64,000 bases of DNA from contig CAZQEQ010000002.1 in the NCBI GenBank assembly GCA_964592385.1, forward strand, positions 25,441 to 89,440, given 5' to 3'. The position numbers and the translations under genes are program-made. A model generated the notes under the pieces. The model saw nothing but the letters and a program-made list of their open reading frames with translations, was not told the DNA's origin and did no database searches. Origin of the DNA: an uncultured candidatus Brocadiaceae bacterium (lineage in GTDB: Bacteria > Planctomycetota > Brocadiia > SM23-32). Below, one piece after another: positions 55,038 through 64,000 of the stretch; position 1 is the stretch's first letter, and each line of letters starts with the position of its first letter.

Positions 55038-55081
55038 CTCAAGTGGCTCAGGTGCCCCCGCCTGAGAGGGCCCGCGGCCGC

Positions 55082-55110
55082 TTTGACCTTCCTTGACGCG
55101 CCGGATAGAA
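55082..55110 (+). promoter_or_regulatory. Sigma70-like promoter TTGACC-N17-TAGAAT
   Basis: TTGACC is at 55082-55087 and TAGAAT at 55105-55110, 49 nt upstream of the ATG at 55159. Confidence 0.5.
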
Positions 55111-55158
55111 TCGGGCCGGTGCTATCGTCCGGTTCCATTCCCGGGGAGTGTTCGTCGA

Positions 55159-57114
55159 ATGCCGCCGCATCCTGAAGCAGACGAACGCGCGCCTGGAACG
55201 CTGGCGACGCCGAGGAGCGTGCTGCTGGGCTGCGTCCTGTGTGGCCTGATCGGCCTGGCCGGGCCGTACTGGTGCTTCTACCTGATGTCCTCGACGATGT
55301 TCGCCGACTACCACACGGCGGGGGCGACGTTCTCTCTGCTCCTGCTGATCGTGGTGTTCAACCTGGGTCTGGCGCGCGCCTGGCCCCGGTCGGGCCTGCG
55401 GGGAGGGGAACTCCGGCTCATCACGGCGATGACGCTGACGAGCGGGTCCATAGCCACCTCGGGCCTGATAGCGTATCTGGTGCCCGGGATGACGGCGCCG
55501 TATTACCACGCCAACGAGACGAACCTGATGCACACGCGGCTCTGGCCGCACCTGCCGAAGTGGCTGTTCGCGCTGGATCCGGACGGGGGGACGGTGGCGA
55601 TACGAAAGTTCTGGCTCGGGCTGCCTGCGGGCGAGCCGATCCCGTGGGGTCCGTGGATACGGCCGCTGACGTGCTGGGGGATATTCGTCCTGGCCATGTT
55701 CGCGTGCATGCTCGCCGTGATGACGATCATGCGCAAGCAGTGGATGGATCACGAGCACCTGAGCTACCCCATAGCGCAGGTGCCGGCCGAGCTGTGCCGG
55801 GTCGCCGAGCGTGGGGGAGCGAGCGGCTCGATCCTGCGCAGCCGGGCCTTTTGGATCGGGGGCGGGATAGCGTTCCTGCTGGCCAGTTCCGCGGGGCTGC
55901 GGCATTACTTCGGTTTCTTCCCGGCGTTCAACGTCAGCCACAGGGTGACCGGCCTCGGGCCGATGGACCTGCCGGTCAACCTGCGGCCCGTGGTGCTGGG
56001 ACTGGTGTTCCTCATCCCGAACCGTGTGGCGTTCAGTGTCTGGTTCCTGGCGCTGGTCTCCTGGGTGCTGCGCTCGTTCCTGCGGGCCTACAACCTGGGG
56101 CTCAACGAGTGGATGCTCTACGGCGTGGTGGGGCACCCGGAGCTTCAGCACATGGCGATGGGGTCGATGATTGCGTTCACGGCGGGCAGCCTTTGGGTGG
56201 CGCGGCGTCACCTGCGACGTGTGGTTCTCTGCGCGCTGGGCCGGCAGGAGGGCTATGACGCCGGCGAGCCGGCCTCTTACCGCAGCTCGCTGCTCGTGCT
56301 CGCCGCCGGTGGTGTCGTGGCGCTGGTGTGGTTTCGTCTTGTGGGATTCCAGTTTTTCTTCGGTGCGATACTGCTGTTGCTGACGTTCGTCGTCTATTAC
56401 GCCATGGCGCGGGTGATCGCGCAGTGCGGGCTTCCGGCGATCAACTCGCCCGTCGTGCCGAGCCCGTACATGGCGAGCGCGTTCGGCACGAGCCTGCTGG
56501 GGCGGGAGCAGGTCATCGGGCTGGGGACGCACCTGAGCTGGCACGCGGACCTGCGCAACTCCCCGCTGTCCGGCGCCGGCCATGGGATGTACCTGACGGG
56601 GCGGCGTTCCGGCGGACTGCTGTGGCTGCTGTTGGTCGGGCTGGTCATCACGTACGTGGCGGGGACGCTTTTCACCGTTCGCCTGGGCTATCGGCAGGGC
56701 GCAAGCGGCATGCACCCCTGGTATGTCAACAACTCGTCCAACCTGACCTGGTACTGGACCTCCGCCATGTCGCAGGCCGATCGCGATCCCAGCTGCGCGG
56801 GTATGGCGTGGATGGGCAGCGGGGCGGTCGTCATGGCGGCCCTGATGGTGGCGCAGAGGCTGCTCTTCTGGTGGCCGATCCACCCGGTGGGTTTCCTCAC
56901 CAGCGGGGCATACCTGGTGACGGCGTTCTGGTTCTCGATCTTTCTTGCGTGGTTCATCAAGGTGCTGGTGACCTACTTCGGGGGCGGGAGCGCCTACAGG
57001 GCGGGGCGACGTTTCTTCATCGGGCTGGTGCTGGGCTACTTCGTCGCCGGCGGCATCTGGGCGATTATCGACACCTGCGCCCGTTCAGTCGGCAACGCCG
57101 TCTTCGTGCTCTGA
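55159..57114 (+). CDS. Uncharacterised polytopic membrane protein, paralogue 1 of 3
   Basis: 651 aa with about 13-14 hydrophobic helices. It shares ordered motifs with the next two genes (GPYW, ADYHT.GA, DPDGG, GEPIPWGPW, MRKQWMDHEHLSYPIAQVPAEL, FWWPIHPVGFL). RBS GGGGAG lies upstream. Confidence 0.8.
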   Translation: MPPHPEADERAPGTLATPRSVLLGCVLCGLIGLAGPYWCFYLMSSTMFADYHTAGATFSLLLLIVVFNLGLARAWPRSGLRGGELRLITAMTLTSGSIATSGLIAYLVPGMTAPYYHANETNLMHTRLWPHLPKWLFALDPDGGTVAIRKFWLGLPAGEPIPWGPWIRPLTCWGIFVLAMFACMLAVMTIMRKQWMDHEHLSYPIAQVPAELCRVAERGGASGSILRSRAFWIGGGIAFLLASSAGLRHYFGFFPAFNVSHRVTGLGPMDLPVNLRPVVLGLVFLIPNRVAFSVWFLALVSWVLRSFLRAYNLGLNEWMLYGVVGHPELQHMAMGSMIAFTAGSLWVARRHLRRVVLCALGRQEGYDAGEPASYRSSLLVLAAGGVVALVWFRLVGFQFFFGAILLLLTFVVYYAMARVIAQCGLPAINSPVVPSPYMASAFGTSLLGREQVIGLGTHLSWHADLRNSPLSGAGHGMYLTGRRSGGLLWLLLVGLVITYVAGTLFTVRLGYRQGASGMHPWYVNNSSNLTWYWTSAMSQADRDPSCAGMAWMGSGAVVMAALMVAQRLLFWWPIHPVGFLTSGAYLVTAFWFSIFLAWFIKVLVTYFGGGSAYRAGRRFFIGLVLGYFVAGGIWAIIDTCARSVGNAVFVL

Positions 57115-57172
57115 CGGACCTGCCCGCCCGGCGTGGCGCTCGTCCCCTTCCCGGGCCCGTCCGGGGTATCAT

Positions 57173-57201
57173 TTGTCGTCTTCGGCGCAGTCCGGTATAA
57201 A
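57173..57201 (+). promoter_or_regulatory. Sigma70-like promoter TTGTCG-N17-TATAAA
   Basis: TTGTCG is at 57173-57178 and TATAAA at 57196-57201, 45 nt upstream of the GTG at 57246. Confidence 0.4.
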
Positions 57202-57245
57202 CGCCCGGCGTCGTGTGAGTACCGAACGGCTGGTGGGAGGAGAGC

Positions 57246-59195
57246 GTGGGCGACGGCATGGCTGAAAGCACCTGGGGGCCTCGGCGCTGGGTCAGCCTTC
57301 GCAGCGTCGTGCTGGGCGCCGTCATGAGCGTGGTGGTCGGGCTGCAGGGGCCTTACTGGACCATCTACCTGCAGACCTCCCGTATGTACGCCGACTACCA
57401 CACGGGCGGCGCGGCGTTCTGGTTGTTCATGCTCATACCGTTTTTCCTGCTGTTCAATCTGGCCGTCGGGCGTGGCAGCCGGCTGGCGTGGCGGGCCGAG
57501 GAACTCACGGTCGTGACGGCCATGATGTTCATCAGCGGGTCCATAGTCAGCTCCGGGCTGATCGGCCACTGGCTGCCGAGCATCAGCGCCGCCTGCTACC
57601 ACGCCACCAGCGGCAACCAATGGCGTGAGCTCGTGTGGGACAACTTGAGGCCGTGGATGCGCCCGATCGATCCAGACGGGGGGAACGTCGCCGTCACGCA
57701 GTTCTGGGAAGGGCTGCCGCCGGGTGAGCCTATTCCCTGGGGGCCGTGGGTGCGGCCGCTGGTCGCCTGGGGCGTTCTGTTGCTGGGGCTCTTCGCGTGC
57801 ATGACGGCGATCATGGCCATCATGCGCAAGCAGTGGGTGGATCACGAGCACCTGAGCTTCCCGATCGCGCAGGTGCCGGCCGAGCTGTGCGCGGGAGCGG
57901 TCAATCCTCTGCGCGAGTCCTCGATCTTCCGCAGCAAGGCGTTCTGGGTCGGCCTGGGGATGGCGTTCCTGGTGGCCAGCATGGGCGGGGTGAGCTTCTA
58001 CGCCTTCGGCAAGCCGTTCTACTTCCGCATCCGCCAGACGGTCACTGGACTGGGCCCTCTTGGGTTGCGGGTCAACACCAGCTTAGTGGTCATCGGCCTG
58101 GCGTTCCTGATACCGAACCGCATCGCCTTCAGCGTGGTGGCGCTGTCGCTCATGTCATGGGGCACCAAGTCCTTTATGCGCGCGTATAACCTTGGCATGC
58201 GGGGCGGCGACGGCTCCGTGGAGCTGGGATTCCTCACGATGGGGGCGATGGTGATGTTCGTGCTGGCCAGCGTCTGGCTGGGGCGGCGGCACCTGCGCCG
58301 CGTGCTGCGCTGCGGCCTGGGAACGGGCGATCGAGACTACGACGCCGAGGAGCCGTGCAGCTACCGGTCGGCGCTGCTGACGATGCTGGCCGGGATGGCG
58401 GTCTTCGTGGGCTGGCTGGTGGCGGCCGGGCTGGGGCTGGGGTACGCGCTCTGTGTGTTGGCGGCGTTCCTGGTGATCTACTATGGCATGGCGCGGGTGA
58501 TCGCGCAGTGCGGCCTGCCGTCGGCGACGCCGCCGGTGATCCCGGCCAGGTTCGTGGGCGACCTGTTCGGGGTCGAGAACCTGGGCACGCGGCAGGTGGC
58601 CCTGCTGGGCTCCCAGGTCTGGCACGCGGACATGCGAAACGGTGCCATGTCCGGCGCGGCCCACAGCATGTACCTGGTGCAGAGGCGCCGGTCGGGACTG
58701 TTCTGGGCGCTGTTGCTCGCGCTGGTCGTCACTTACGTTACGGCCTGCTACTGCACGGTTTGGATCAGCTACCGGCACGGGGCACTGAACATGGACCCCT
58801 GGTTCTTCATGACTTCCTCGCGCATTCCCTGGTGGTGGGTTTCGGGGACCCTGGGGCGGCAGGAGGGCTTCAGCCTGCTCGGCCTGTCGTGGACCGTGTT
58901 CGGCGGGCTCATCATGGGCGCACTGATCCTGGCTCAGCGATCTTTCTTCTGGTGGCCGATCCACCCGGTGGCGTTCCTGATCTGCAACAGCCACATGGTG
59001 TACAACCTCTGGTTCTCGGTGTTTCTGGCGTGGCTGGCGAAGGTGCTGGTGGTCAACTTCGGCGGCCACAGGGCTTACCGCAGCGGGCGCCGGTTCTGCA
59101 TCGGCATGGTGATGGGCTACTTCCTGGGGGGCGGCCTCTGGGGCATCGTGGACACGGTGACCGGCAAGGTCGGCAACGCGGTGTTCTACCTCTGA
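57246..59195 (+). CDS. Uncharacterised polytopic membrane protein, paralogue 2 of 3
   Basis: It aligns over its full length with paralogues 1 and 3. The start is the GTG at 57246 (after GGGAGGAGAG) or the ATG at 57258. Confidence 0.8.
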   Translation: MGDGMAESTWGPRRWVSLRSVVLGAVMSVVVGLQGPYWTIYLQTSRMYADYHTGGAAFWLFMLIPFFLLFNLAVGRGSRLAWRAEELTVVTAMMFISGSIVSSGLIGHWLPSISAACYHATSGNQWRELVWDNLRPWMRPIDPDGGNVAVTQFWEGLPPGEPIPWGPWVRPLVAWGVLLLGLFACMTAIMAIMRKQWVDHEHLSFPIAQVPAELCAGAVNPLRESSIFRSKAFWVGLGMAFLVASMGGVSFYAFGKPFYFRIRQTVTGLGPLGLRVNTSLVVIGLAFLIPNRIAFSVVALSLMSWGTKSFMRAYNLGMRGGDGSVELGFLTMGAMVMFVLASVWLGRRHLRRVLRCGLGTGDRDYDAEEPCSYRSALLTMLAGMAVFVGWLVAAGLGLGYALCVLAAFLVIYYGMARVIAQCGLPSATPPVIPARFVGDLFGVENLGTRQVALLGSQVWHADMRNGAMSGAAHSMYLVQRRRSGLFWALLLALVVTYVTACYCTVWISYRHGALNMDPWFFMTSSRIPWWWVSGTLGRQEGFSLLGLSWTVFGGLIMGALILAQRSFFWWPIHPVAFLICNSHMVYNLWFSVFLAWLAKVLVVNFGGHRAYRSGRRFCIGMVMGYFLGGGLWGIVDTVTGKVGNAVFYL

Positions 59196-59333
59196 CGGGA
59201 GAGACCCGCCCGCACTGGCGCACTCGCCTTCCACGTTGTAGCCTATTGGCCCGACTGGTCACGGTGCACAAGGAGTTGACCGAGATTGGCAGAGGGACAG
59301 GACAGCCTCAGGGCTGCTGAAGCAAGGGGCTTC

Positions 59334-61250
59334 ATGAGCGCCCGCGCACTGGCGCTGGGGTGCGTGATGTGCCTCGTCACGGGCGTGGCGGGGCCCTATT
59401 GGACCATCTACCTTCAGTCCTCCCGCATGTACGCCGACTACCACACGGGGGGCGCGTCGTTCTTCCTGCTGGGCCTGCTGGTGATCTTCAACTTTGGTCT
59501 GGGCCGCCTCTGGAAGTCCGCCGCCCTCCGCGCGGAGGAGTTGATGGTCGTCGGCGCCATGATGCTGGTCGGCGGCTCCATTGTCTCTTCCGGCCTGATC
59601 GCCTATTTCATCCCGACCATCACGGCGCCGTATTACTTCGCCAATCCGTCCAACCAGTGGAACGTGGTCCTGTGGGAGCACCTTCCCAGATGGCTGTCTC
59701 CGCTGGACCCGGACGGCGGAACGTTCGCGATCCACAAGTTCTGGGTCGGCCTGCCTTCGGGCGAGCCCATTCCCTGGGGGCCCTGGGTGAAGCCCCTTGC
59801 CCTTTGGGGCGTGTTCCTGATGGCCTTCTTCGCCTGCATGATGGCCTTGATGACGCTGATGCGCAAGCAGTGGGTGGACCACGAGCACCTGAGCTTCCCG
59901 ATCGCACAGGTGCCCGCCGAGCTGTGCGCAGCGGCCGACCCCGGGGGCGAGACCGTGCTGCGTCGGAAGGCATTCTGGATAGGCATGGGCCTCACGTTCC
60001 TGGTCGCCAGCCTGAGTGCCGTGAGCCATTACGTGGCTGACGAGCCCATCTTCCTGCGCGTGCGGCAGTGGGTCGGGACGGAGCCGTGGCGCCTGCCCAT
60101 CTACCTCGACCTCGTGGTCGTGGGGCTGGTCTTCCTGATCCCGAACCGCGTCGCGTTCACCGTCTGGTTCGTGGCCCTGGCCTCGTGGGTGGTGCGCTCG
60201 TTCCTGGAGGCTTACAACCTGACCCTTACGCAGGGAGCGATATACGGCGGCGAGATGAACCATGTGGCAGGCGGGGCGACTTTCGTGTTTGTTGTCAGCA
60301 GCCTCTGGCTCTCGCGGGACCACCTGAAGAGGGCCTGGCGCTGCGCCCTGGGCACGGGTGAGGAGGGCTACGACGCCGGTGAGCCGTCGTCCTACCGGCT
60401 GGCGTTCTTCGTGATCGTGCTGGGCCTGGTTGTGGCGGTGGGCTGGCTTCGGATTGTCGGGCTGCACCTGACGTACGGCGTCATCCTGATCCTGGTGACA
60501 CTGGCCGTTTACTATGCCATGGCGCGCGTGGTGGCGCAGTGCGGCCTGCCGGCCATCAGCCCGCCCATGTACCCGAACATGTTCGTCGCCAGCATCTTCG
60601 GCAGCGAGAACCTGGGGGCCAATCAGGTAACCGTCATGGGCATGCACTACGGGTGGCATTTCGACATGCGCAACTCGCCCATGTCAGGCGCAGCGCACGG
60701 GATGTACCTGACGCGCCGGCGCCGCAACGGCCTGTTCTGGGCGATGCTGCTCGGGCTGATCATTGCCTACGTGGCGGCGGCCGCCACTACGGTGCGGGTC
60801 TGCTACCGCCACGGCGGCCTGAACATGGACCCGTGGTTCTTCAGCACCTTCCCCCAGTACACGGCCTGGCGGTGGGCGCAGTACACCATAACCCAGCATC
60901 AGGGGCCCAGCTTCGTTCGGATGCTCTGGGCGGGCGGCGGAGCCGGCCTGATGACGCTGCTTGTCTGGGCGCAACGCTCCTTCTTCTGGTGGCCGCTGCA
61001 CCCGGTGGGGCTGCTCATCTGCTCCAGCCACATGGTGTACTTCTTCTGGGCCTCCGTCTTCACGGCGTGGCTCGTCAAGTTCTTCGCAGTGAAGATCGGC
61101 GGCTACGGGGCGTACCGGGTGGGCAGGCGCTTCTGCATCGGCATGGTGCTGGGCTACTTCGTCGCAGGTGGGCTCTGGGCGATCGTGGACACGGTCATCA
61201 CGTTGTTCACGACGACTACGATCCAGGGCAACGCGGTTTTCTACATATGA
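59334..61250 (+). CDS. Uncharacterised polytopic membrane protein, paralogue 3 of 3
   Basis: It aligns over its full length with paralogues 1 and 2. I prefer the ATG at 59334 after AAGGGG; the ORF track's TTG at 59286 is possible. Confidence 0.8.
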   Translation: MSARALALGCVMCLVTGVAGPYWTIYLQSSRMYADYHTGGASFFLLGLLVIFNFGLGRLWKSAALRAEELMVVGAMMLVGGSIVSSGLIAYFIPTITAPYYFANPSNQWNVVLWEHLPRWLSPLDPDGGTFAIHKFWVGLPSGEPIPWGPWVKPLALWGVFLMAFFACMMALMTLMRKQWVDHEHLSFPIAQVPAELCAAADPGGETVLRRKAFWIGMGLTFLVASLSAVSHYVADEPIFLRVRQWVGTEPWRLPIYLDLVVVGLVFLIPNRVAFTVWFVALASWVVRSFLEAYNLTLTQGAIYGGEMNHVAGGATFVFVVSSLWLSRDHLKRAWRCALGTGEEGYDAGEPSSYRLAFFVIVLGLVVAVGWLRIVGLHLTYGVILILVTLAVYYAMARVVAQCGLPAISPPMYPNMFVASIFGSENLGANQVTVMGMHYGWHFDMRNSPMSGAAHGMYLTRRRRNGLFWAMLLGLIIAYVAAAATTVRVCYRHGGLNMDPWFFSTFPQYTAWRWAQYTITQHQGPSFVRMLWAGGGAGLMTLLVWAQRSFFWWPLHPVGLLICSSHMVYFFWASVFTAWLVKFFAVKIGGYGAYRVGRRFCIGMVLGYFVAGGLWAIVDTVITLFTTTTIQGNAVFYI

Positions 61251-61330
61251 GCCTCCCCGTTTTGCTCGACCCGCGGCGCCGGGCCTGATATCATGGGGCG
61301 CGGTCAGCTTTGTCCCTAAGAGTACATGCC

Positions 61331-62329
61331 ATGAAACCGTGGTCCACATTGGCGCTGGTTCTGGGGCTGACGGGGGCATCCCTGGCGGCCGGCGCCGTCC
61401 GGGAAGAGGCCCTCGTTCGGGTCAACGACCACGTTGTCACCCGGGCAGAACTGGAGCAGCACATCCGCATGGCCCAGCCCGAGGTGCCGAAGCACTCCTT
61501 GGAAGCTCCGCCACTGGGCTACGAACGGCTGGAGACGGAGATGAAGAAACGCGCCCTTCGCGCGTTGGTCCGCAGGCGCGTGCTGCTCGACGCAGCCCGG
61601 GAACAATACGTCATGGACGAGCAGTACGAGGTGGTTCTGGACGCCTTCGCGGAGGAGCAACTCCGCAAGTTCGAGGCCCGAATCGGCTCCAGACTCAAGG
61701 CGCGCGTGAAGTTGTCCGAGATGGGCCTGACCGCCGCGCAGTACAGGAAGCTGCAGGTGGACAACGCACTCGTCTCGCAGCTGCTGTGGGAGAAGGTTTA
61801 CTCCGACATCAGCATTGCCCCCGCTGAGGTGCGGCAATACTATGTGGCACACCGGGACGAGTTCCAGGTCCCCGCGGTTCTGGCATATCGCCAGATACTG
61901 TTCGCCGTCGTGGAACCGGCGGATGTGCCGCAGATGCAGACCAGGGCGGCGGCGGTACTGAGAGAAATCGAGGGCGGTGCGGGCTTTGCCCTGATGGCCG
62001 ACCGCTACTCGGCCGACCGCGACGCTTACCCCGGCGGCCTCCACGAGGTCAAGCTGCCGGAGGACAACCTGGACTGGCGCCCCCAGGCCGTGGAGGGACT
62101 TGAGGTCGGCCAGATCTCCGCCGTGAGACAGGTGACGGGCGGGTACGCCATCGTCAAGTTCGAGCGCCTGACGTCCGGCCGCGTCCTTACCTTCACGGAG
62201 GCCCAGGCGCGGATAGAGCAGGACTTGCTCGCCCGCAGGCGGATGGACGCTGAGGAGGCATACGCCGAGCGGCTGGAAGGCAAGGCCCTGGTCGATTACT
62301 ATCCCGCCGCGAAGGACCTCGGGCTTTGA
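61331..62329 (+). CDS. SurA/PrsA-like parvulin-type peptidyl-prolyl isomerase
   Basis: It has a signal peptide (LALVLGLTGASLAAGA) and a SurA-N-like helical region. The parvulin domain is recognisable (YRQILFAV...GAGFALMADRYSAD...GGLHEV...GQISAVRQVTGGYAIVKFE). Confidence 0.75.
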   Translation: MKPWSTLALVLGLTGASLAAGAVREEALVRVNDHVVTRAELEQHIRMAQPEVPKHSLEAPPLGYERLETEMKKRALRALVRRRVLLDAAREQYVMDEQYEVVLDAFAEEQLRKFEARIGSRLKARVKLSEMGLTAAQYRKLQVDNALVSQLLWEKVYSDISIAPAEVRQYYVAHRDEFQVPAVLAYRQILFAVVEPADVPQMQTRAAAVLREIEGGAGFALMADRYSADRDAYPGGLHEVKLPEDNLDWRPQAVEGLEVGQISAVRQVTGGYAIVKFERLTSGRVLTFTEAQARIEQDLLARRRMDAEEAYAERLEGKALVDYYPAAKDLGL

Positions 62330-62390
62330 CCCGCCACCCCGGGCCTCCCGGGCGCGTTCGGCACCAAAACCGTCTGGATGACTCCCCGCG

Positions 62391-64000
62391 CTATCCGGTC
62401 GTCCCCCTGATGCGCCGGCCTATCCGGGCGCTGATAGTCCCCAAGGCCAGCAGCACCGCCGCGCCCGCCACTGTCAGGAGCCCGGCCAGGAGGAACGGCG
62501 CGTAGTTGTCCTCGGCGACTATCTTCAGTCCCGCCACCCCCAGCACGACCGCCAGCAGCACCACGAAGCTGGCGACGGGCGACAGGCCGCTCTTGTGCCA
62601 GATGAGCGCGCAGAGCCCGAAGACGACGAGCACTATCAAGCCCATCAGCAGTTGGGCCGCCGAACCTGCCGCGCACCTTGCGTTGACGTGGGCCGGGACG
62701 TCGGGGTTCAGGATCAGCCCCTGGAAGTAGAACTGCTCCGGCAGGTGCGGCTTGGTCCCGGCGAACACAGGCGCCTCCCGGACGCCCTTCCCGCTGACGC
62801 GGCCGGTGAGGACCTCCGCGTTGGACATCCACTGTGGGTTCCTGGCCGCCTGGCCGCCAGCGACCTGGGTTTCCCATTGTTGCTCGCCCGGCGTGGCAGT
62901 GGGCTGAAGGTCGCGGATGGACGACTCAAAGTAGCGCTCGTTGCGCAGTCGTTCCAGCGTGCCCGATGAACTGATGACCCGGTATCCGCGCGGCAGTTGC
63001 AGCACCCAGCCGAGCCGCAGCACGCGCACGCCGCGGAACGAGGGCATGGTCAGGCCGACCGAGGTCAGCTTGCCCAGTTCCTCGACGCCCAGTTCCTCCC
63101 ACTGGACTTCGACCTTAACGGGGCCCTGGACGCCTTGCACCTGGGCGATGGGTATCTTGGTCACTTCGCCGTCGGACGTTTCCTCGACCAGCGGCCGCAC
63201 GCGCCGCCCGTTGACCAGGGCGTGCCAGAGCTTGGCGTTCTCCGGAAGCCGGACCTCCAGGAACGGCTGGTAGCGGCTGCGAATGCTGGCGATCAGGCTC
63301 GTGATGCGGTTGCCCTCCCGCGTCAGCGTCGTGTCCAGCTTGCACGTCTCGATGACGGCCGTCACGACGTCCGCCTCGTCGTGACGCACCGAGCTGAGCG
63401 CGAGCAGGTAGGGATGGGCCATGTAGCGGAACGCGAACAGGATGGGCACGGTCTCCCGGCCGATCTGCGCTGCGACCGACGGCGGGAGCTGCCGGAACTG
63501 CACGGGGATCTCCTCCTCGTCTATCGGCGTCAGGTGCTTCAGCTCGTCGGGCAGCGGCGCCAGCTCGAGCGACGGGTCTCCCGTGACGGCCACGTAGCCG
63601 ATCTCGCGCTCCACCTCGTCCATCACCCCGATGACCACGGGGCCCTCGAACTGCCTCTGCTGCTCCTCCGGCGTAAGGTCCATGCTGTACTCGAAGATGA
63701 GTTGATACTGCCCCTTCACCTCGCTCTGGAGCTCGACGCGCCACAGCTCTCCGGCTTCCTCGTCCGCGTCGGGCTCCTCGACCTTCTCCTGGATCTTGAT
63801 GTTCTCGCCGCGGATGTTGGGCTTGGTGACCCCAGCCGGCAGCCGGACCAGGAACTCCTTGACGCCGGCGTACTGCACGGTGAACTCGACCGTGGACGCG
63901 CCCATCAGGTAGTCCTCGCCCAGCCGCACGTAGTTGAAGGTCCGCACGAGCACCTTCGGCGAGATGCTGGTCACCTCGACGTCGAGCTGCCAGGGGGACT
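62391..64000 (-). CDS. Large protein with C-terminal membrane anchor helices, 5'-truncated by the window edge
   Basis: The frame stays open upstream of the listed GTG at 63974 all the way to position 64000. The body is beta-rich and the C-terminus has 3 TM helices (LLMGLIVLVVFGLCALIW, VASFVVLLAVVLGVAGL, FLLAGLLTVAGAAVLLAL). I recognise no family. Confidence 0.6.
   Translation of the reverse strand, partial: SPWQLDVEVTSISPKVLVRTFNYVRLGEDYLMGASTVEFTVQYAGVKEFLVRLPAGVTKPNIRGENIKIQEKVEEPDADEEAGELWRVELQSEVKGQYQLIFEYSMDLTPEEQQRQFEGPVVIGVMDEVEREIGYVAVTGDPSLELAPLPDELKHLTPIDEEEIPVQFRQLPPSVAAQIGRETVPILFAFRYMAHPYLLALSSVRHDEADVVTAVIETCKLDTTLTREGNRITSLIASIRSRYQPFLEVRLPENAKLWHALVNGRRVRPLVEETSDGEVTKIPIAQVQGVQGPVKVEVQWEELGVEELGKLTSVGLTMPSFRGVRVLRLGWVLQLPRGYRVISSSGTLERLRNERYFESSIRDLQPTATPGEQQWETQVAGGQAARNPQWMSNAEVLTGRVSGKGVREAPVFAGTKPHLPEQFYFQGLILNPDVPAHVNARCAAGSAAQLLMGLIVLVVFGLCALIWHKSGLSPVASFVVLLAVVLGVAGLKIVAEDNYAPFLLAGLLTVAGAAVLLALGTISARIGRRIRGTTG

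Overview
This is a gene-dense, high-G+C bacterial chromosomal segment. Hand counts on single 60-nt lines give about 70-80% G+C in most genes. I found no rRNA genes and no CRISPR array. Because of the G+C content, the ORF track is full of long Arg/Ala/Pro/Gly-rich antisense ORFs, which I treat as spurious.

Recognisable housekeeping genes are mreB, rho, coaE, polA, priA, dinB, tRNA-Gln(UUG) and a P-type cation ATPase. A second group is secreted or polysaccharide-related: a protein with two FGE-sulfatase domains plus a PQQ-like propeller, a gluconolactonase-like protein, a heparinase II/III-like protein, GH43, a DUF2961-like protein, an M20 amidohydrolase, a Gfo/Idh/MocA oxidoreductase and two URO-D-like enzymes. 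This gene content suggests a PVC-type or similar uncultured polysaccharide degrader, but that taxonomy is inference only.

Near-consensus sigma70-like promoters stand out against the G+C background, and two clear intrinsic terminators are visible.

Most interesting items:
1. Three tandem paralogues of an uncharacterised ~640-aa polytopic membrane protein (55.1-61.3 kb).
2. A low-G+C islet carrying an OLD-family ATPase/Toprim nuclease just downstream of a DUF4258 / YgiT-zinc-finger toxin-antitoxin-like pair (47.2-49.7 kb).
3. A 282-bp foldback element with 24-bp perfect terminal inverted repeats, lying between a low-G+C 1442-aa multidomain gene and a transglutaminase-like gene pair (40.7-43.6 kb).
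4. A rearrangement scar made of gene fragments (35.1-35.9 kb).
5. REP/BIME-like hairpin clusters, present as inverted copies that bracket a 3.3-kb block containing an internally deleted mini-sulfatase (5.07-8.9 kb).
6. A translationally coupled pair of a polytopic/TPR membrane protein and a CXXCH-bearing beta-propeller (50.0-53.5 kb).

All family assignments come from motif recognition by eye. No searches were run.
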